A DNA stretch of 36,985 nt from contig ML992546.1 in assembly GCA_010093995.1 (NCBI GenBank), forward strand, positions 1 through 36,985. The letters run 5' to 3'. A program made the position numbers and the translations under genes. The notes under the pieces are model-generated. The model searched no databases and had not been told where the DNA came from. It saw nothing but the letters and a program-made list of their open reading frames with translations. Of the stretch, positions 31,889 through 36,985 are shown one piece after another (positions within the stretch are counted from its first letter, which is position 1; each line of letters begins with the position of its first letter). The stretch comes from Elsinoe ampelina. Its lineage: Eukaryota.

Positions 31889-33487
31889 ATGGTCAAGTCC
31901 AAGGACAAGGCCATTGCCAAGCGGAGCAAAGAGGCATCAATTACCAAGCCAGCGAGGATAACCAAAGCTCAATTGAGTCAGGAGCGGGTCGAAGATAGCG
32001 ACGAGGATAGCAGCAGCAGCGACGCCGCCGCCGACTCTGTCGCCAAACACATTGCCACCAAAGCCGCGAATGGAATCGATTCGGGCTTCTCGAGCAGGCC
32101 CGGATTGAAAGGTCCGCAGGTGTCTGGAGAAGAATCGAGCAGCTCTGACTCCGAGGCGGAGGCGGAGGAATCATCGGAAGCAGACTCGGAAGCAGGAAAG
32201 ACTGGAAAGAATAGTAAAATCACGAATGGACACGCCGGTCCAAAAGATGTTGGTTTGGACGAGGGCGAGAGCTCGTCCGAAGTGAGCAGCAGCAGTGAGG
32301 ACGAGATACCCACAGAGAAGAGTAGACCCGACGGAATACCAGGCTCAAAGACCCAGCCTAGAAATGCGCCTGCTCCAAGGTTCGTAGCACCGGCTGGCTA
32401 CACAAGAGTCGACGACTACGAGGCGAGTCCAAGCTTGAAGGCGTCGGATCTTGGTTCAAAGGAGCTATGGCACATCACCCTCCCAGCGGGACTACCGGTC
32501 TCGCAGCTGGCCAGCATCCCTTTAGCCGCCCTCAAAGATGGGCAGTCCGTCCTTTCACACAACGGCACGAATTATTCTGTAAGCGAAGATCCTCATTCCA
32601 GAAGTACGGGCGTGTCGAACAAGTATCTTCTCGTGCCAGATCCGAGTACAAAGAAATTCAGGAATCTGTCCATACCAGTATCGCGAACAATGCACATCAA
32701 GTCCAAGATTACTCTGCCCAGTCTGGCTGCCAGTCAAGCGGATGGCAAGAGTGGCTCAGCAGTCTCAGCGATCACGACATTCAAAACCATCGACAAGACG
32801 AGACCGCAGCCAATAGGTCTTAAGATGCGGTATAAGCCACCTGGATTCGGCGCAGGAAAGCCAGGAATGATTGGATCAGAGAGCTCGGACAACGAAGAAA
32901 GTGATGTCGAGATGGAAGATGCACCACCCGCTGCGCTGGAACCTACATTTAGACGACCAACTACCGCTACTTCTGCTGCGATAAAAGGATCGCCCGAGAA
33001 GGCCAGTTTGACACCGAACAAGAAACGTAAGCGCGACGCTCCGATACCTACAGAGAGGGAAGTCCCGGCTTCTAATCAGGAAACCCCATCGAAGGACAAG
33101 AAGACTAAGAAGCGGAAATCCGAGATCGCAGAAGCAAAGACAGGACCTCCTGTCGCCGCAAAGAGTACGAGTACTCCAGCAAAGTCGAGATCGAAACCAG
33201 CAGTAACGCCACTTAACAACGGCGTGAACGGGAAGCACAATTCTCCGGATGATGGCGAGGAGACTCCTGCATTACCGACCAAGAAGATCAACGACGATCT
33301 CGAGAGCACTCCAGCAAAGGCTCCGGCTTCTGACGACGAAGAGGAAGAAGCGACTTCACACAAGAAGTCACTATCGAAAGAGGAAAAGGCAGCGAAAAAG
33401 GCCCGCAAGGCCGAGCGAGCAAAGCAGCGAGAGGAGAAGGAGGCCAGACGGAAAAGGAAAGCCGAGCAGAAATCAGGCAAGACTTGA
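31889..33487 (+). CDS. RPA34: RNA polymerase I subunit RPA34.5 family protein
   Basis: Motifs FVAPAGY, KELWHITLPAGLPVSQL and RPQPIGLKMRYKPPGF, flanked by acidic Ser-rich and Lys-rich low-complexity regions. Single exon. Confidence 0.85.
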   Translation: MVKSKDKAIAKRSKEASITKPARITKAQLSQERVEDSDEDSSSSDAAADSVAKHIATKAANGIDSGFSSRPGLKGPQVSGEESSSSDSEAEAEESSEADSEAGKTGKNSKITNGHAGPKDVGLDEGESSSEVSSSSEDEIPTEKSRPDGIPGSKTQPRNAPAPRFVAPAGYTRVDDYEASPSLKASDLGSKELWHITLPAGLPVSQLASIPLAALKDGQSVLSHNGTNYSVSEDPHSRSTGVSNKYLLVPDPSTKKFRNLSIPVSRTMHIKSKITLPSLAASQADGKSGSAVSAITTFKTIDKTRPQPIGLKMRYKPPGFGAGKPGMIGSESSDNEESDVEMEDAPPAALEPTFRRPTTATSAAIKGSPEKASLTPNKKRKRDAPIPTEREVPASNQETPSKDKKTKKRKSEIAEAKTGPPVAAKSTSTPAKSRSKPAVTPLNNGVNGKHNSPDDGEETPALPTKKINDDLESTPAKAPASDDEEEEATSHKKSLSKEEKAAKKARKAERAKQREEKEARRKRKAEQKSGKT

Positions 33488-33544
33488 TAAGACCTCGTCA
33501 ATAACACTGAAATACCCAACAAGCCCCTGCATCTCCACTGTCCT

Positions 33545-35415
33545 TCAACGCTTCACAAACCTCACCTCGCCTCTCGTCGGATGCTTCACCTTGGGCGCCA
33601 AATCAAACGTCCCGTCCATAACCACATCCAACAACCTCCCCCTCGCCACCTCATCCCAATGTTGCCCCACCGTCCCCTCGAGCCCTTCGTACATCTTCGC
33701 TCCCACCTCGATGGTGTACTCGCTCAACAGGGAGAAGATAACGCTCACAAACTCCACCTGGCTGAACTTTTTGCCGGGACAGACGCGAGGACCGGCCACC
33801 CAGGCGATGAAAGACATGCCATCGGGTCCTGAGCCGTCCATGGTCTCTGTCGTGCCGTTGCGAGCGGTGGTGTGGATGGACGTGTCGCCTACTTTGCTGC
33901 TGTTTTTGATCTCGCTGGTAGGAGTGGACGCCACCCACCGCTTGGGTTTCCATAGGTGGGCGTCTTTACCCCAGACGGATTCGTCGAGGTGGATGGCGGG
34001 AAAGTTGATCGAGACGAGCGTATCAGGAGGGATGGAGAGTGTGCGGCCGGCGATGGTCAGGTTGCGGGATTGTGAGCCTGTGGTACGAGGGAGTTGTTGG
34101 GCGGATCCGATGAGGCGAAGGGTTTCGTACTGGGAGGTGTCAGCTTGTGAAGGTAGATGTGAGGCATGCGACTTACGAGGAGTGCCAGAGTGCGGACGAG
34201 CTTGGGGTACATCTCTGCGTAGTCGCCGCCTTCTGCCATGACAAGATCGACCTCCTCCCTTACCCAGGCTTGAATCTCTGGGTAGACAGCGAGCAGCGGT
34301 ATGGTGTACGCTAGTTGCGTGCTGGTGGTTTCGAAGCCGGCAAGGTTATACAGGAAGAAGTTCCCGTACAACTCGTCGTCACTAAGGACAAACTTGCCAC
34401 CGTCCTCCTTCTTGGCCAATTCATTCGCTCTGACCAAGCTCGCAGCCAACGTATCTCCCAGTCGGCTCTTGCCCTCTTTCTCCTCCCTCCTGAATGCCTC
34501 CCTTTCCTCCTCGATCCTCAGCTCCAAGTGCCTCTGAAATTCCCCCCTTGCAAGCTTCAACTTCCTCAACGAAGCAGGCAGCATCCATCCCGGCACCTTG
34601 ATAGCCGAGAACAAAATCGTCATCATCATGTTCCTCAGCAGATACTGCAGCGCCCCTCCATAACTCATCTCGAACCCTTCCTCCTTCTTATCCAACCCTT
34701 TTCCCCCAAAAGCGTACTCCCTCCCAAACCCCGCCGCCATGAGCACATGCATAGCCAACAGACTCACTCCCTCCCTCAACCTCTCCAGATCCACGTCCGT
34801 CCGTTCCTTCGCCCCTTGCCCATCCCCACCCTCCCCAAACCACCCCACCATCCCCCCAACCTGCCTCCTCCCCTCCCGCCACACAACCCCACAATTCCCC
34901 TTCCTGAACCCCACCGCCCCGACCTTCCGATGCCGCATCCACTCCGCCCCATTCACCGTGTTGACGTTCCGTCCGAAAACATCGAACAAAGCGTACACAT
35001 CCGCAGGCTTCTCCCACTCCCTCCACCCCTTGAGCACGTCCCTCACCGCCCCCGGGTCAGCGATGATGATCTCCAGCTTATGCGGCGAAACGATCGCCAT
35101 GGCCGGCCCCAGGGCGTCGTGGGCTTTGCGCCTGTCGAGGAACGGCCAGGCGAGCGGGGAGAAGTGGTACCATTTTCCTAGCAGGGAGAAGGGGTAAGGG
35201 AGGCGGGAGAGGGGGGTGAAGATGGGGGAGAGGAGGGGGTGGAGGAGGGGTTGGAGGGGGGATTGCCATGTTATTGGGGCGTGGATGAGGGGGAGGGAGA
35301 GGGCGAGGGCGAGGCGGTGGGTGTGGAGAAGGGAGAGGAGGGGAAGGAGGAGGGGAAGGAGGATAAGGAGGGGAAGTAGTGGTAGGAGGGTGGTGAGAGG
35401 AGGAAGGGAGGACAT
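33545..35415 (-). CDS. Cytochrome P450 monooxygenase; exons 35415-34177, 34129-33545
   Basis: N-terminal membrane anchor, WMRHRK (C-helix), AGFETT (I-helix), YETLR (ExxR) after intron 34176-34130 (GTAAGT..GCTGAC..CAG), PKRW and the haem motif WVAGPRVCPG. Confidence 0.95.
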
Positions 35416-36106
35416 GCTTGTCGAATGCGGGTTGATATGAATAGGAGGTAGTGCTTGGGTGGGAGATAAAGGAGTAGTGCAGAATTAGGACATGAAGGAT
35501 GCTAATGTGCGGTGTTGAGGTAATGGTATGAGAGGTCTCATCGGCGCGAGTGACAGGGTCGCCGTCGACACCGTGATTGTTGGCAGGTCATCTGGTTGAG
35601 GCGGGACGCCTGTCAGCATCACGTCCTTTTGTGTCAGCAATGCAACACGGCAGCCGCGAGGATAGCGTGCGAGACGGATCGGTATCTCCATACGTGGGCT
35701 CCCGGGTTCAAAGTCAACTCCAGTTGGAAGTATCACGCCCCATCTCGTGGCATCATGTGTTGCTACATGGAAGCATGGCACTGGGAATGTCGAATAGCTT
35801 AATATCGTCTGCGAGTCACGAATCGCAGCTACGCTCCTGTCCACAGTTTAGTGTAGCATCTCATCCTTATTGTTAGGTCAATAGCGGTTGTCAATCGAAC
35901 TTCGAGTCTTTGCAAGCAGACAAGGAGTTCTGATGGCAGACGAGAGTGCGGTGCTTTCGAGCCAATGCGGAGGTGAGAGACAGGGCTCAAATTGTCAACC
36001 GAGGCATAAGCTGGAGCGCCAAGAAGACCCTGATTCAGTTCATCCCAAGGTTGAACTGAACACTATCTCACTATTTCACTAATCCATGATCAAATTAGAT
36101 GATTAT

Positions 36107-36251
36107 TGTCTTAACCTACTGCTATTAAGAAGTTCTTTTGATTTAGCTATCTTTTAGTTTATTAGGTTAAGTATTTATATAGTTATAATCTACCTTAGTT
36201 TAGTAGTATAGGTAGTAATTAATCCTTTTTCCTCCCCTACATAAGTTAACA
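36107..36251 (+). repeat. Putative 5' LTR (about 145 bp, TG...CA)
   Basis: Starts TGTC at the composition boundary and ends AACA directly before the PBS-like motif. The partner LTR lies outside the window. Confidence 0.55.
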
Positions 36252-36985
36252 GTTATAAGCCCGGTTTAACTACCCCTACATAAGCATATTACTTAGTTAC
36301 TTTCCTACTCTATTTATTAGTTAATTCTCTACTATCTCTCTTTTTAAGTATTAGAATCTATTAAGAACTGCCTTAACTATAACTATAGGATTTAGGTGTT
36401 AATAAGGAGATAAACAACTATAGATACTAACACCTTAATAGCTAGAATACCTATTATTCTTGCTATATTAGCTAAATAGGCTAGCTAGCTATACATTATT
36501 AAGATAAGAGTATTAAACACTAAGATATAGAACCTTATTAATCCCTAGAAGACTATTAAACTAGAAGGGCTCCCTAAGCCTTAGAGACTAGAAGTAGCAA
36601 ATATTAACTTCTTAGTACTCTTCTAGATATATAAGGAAGAACAAGCATAATATAACAAATAGTATAAGGCCTTAGCTAATTTAGCTAGCCTTATTTAGTT
36701 ATTAATTACACTATAAGTTCTTACTATTATCTAACTAGAAGGAGATTCTTATCTATAGGCTATCCTTAGGGCATTAAAGAACAGATTTACTCTATCTAAT
36801 ATAGCTATATAGCTTAAGGTTAAAGTACTCTAGAGGAAGTAACTATCTAGTTCTTCCTTATAGAATATAGACTATTAGCTTTAGTAATAGGAAGAGGTTA
36901 TAGATAAGGCTAGGAACTATAATCTACTAGAAGCTTAAGGCTTAAGGCTATAGAGAGACTTCTTACTCTCTATCTTAAAGACTAA
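36107..36985 (+). mobile_element. 5' end of a RIP-inactivated Ty1/Copia LTR retrotransposon (LTR, PBS, gag remnant); runs off the window
   Basis: Abrupt switch to very AT-rich DNA with abundant TpA and few CpA/TpG. AGTTATAAGCCC (36251-36262) reads as a G-to-A mutated form of the copia-type PBS GGTTATGAGCCC. A stop-riddled gag-like frame follows (e.g. AILRALKNRF at about 36760-36790). Confidence 0.8.

Noticed and set aside
33249..35197. Long + strand ORFs (330, 288 and 152 aa) opposite the P450
   Set aside because: Antisense shadows of a well-supported gene in C-rich, stop-poor sequence.
14002..35415. Secondary-metabolite cluster (monooxygenase, hydratase, P450)
   Set aside because: No PKS, NRPS or terpene backbone gene, transporter or cluster regulator; the enzymes are interspersed with housekeeping genes.

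Overview
Gene-dense genomic DNA from a filamentous ascomycete (Pezizomycotina; Chaetothyriales-like is only my guess). Introns are short (46-58 nt) with CTRAC-type branch points. From about 5.7 to 35.4 kb there are 14 genes: an RfeD-like zinc-finger protein, RRP6, HRD1, an FAD monooxygenase, a secreted GH32, an AUH-like enoyl-CoA hydratase, a small secreted protein, a hypothetical protein, a GH18 chitinase, a probable Rsc58/BRD7-like remodeller subunit, a large PPR-like protein, GRC3, RPA34 and a cytochrome P450. The first 4.6 kb is orphan-like and enriched in a TGGTAGTATC motif, repeats and paired palindromic sites. The last 0.9 kb is the RIP-mutated 5' end of a Copia-type LTR retrotransposon. 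Best leads: (1) a box C/D guide RNA candidate in the unusually long chitinase intron, with an 11-nt antisense element to U2 snRNA that targets the equivalent of human Gm25; (2) six sharp C-rich to G-rich strand-skew switches that ignore gene orientation and alter protein composition; (3) the hypothetical protein that looks like an Rsc58/BRD7 homologue; (4) the motif-marked left-hand region. All calls were made by eye without database searches.
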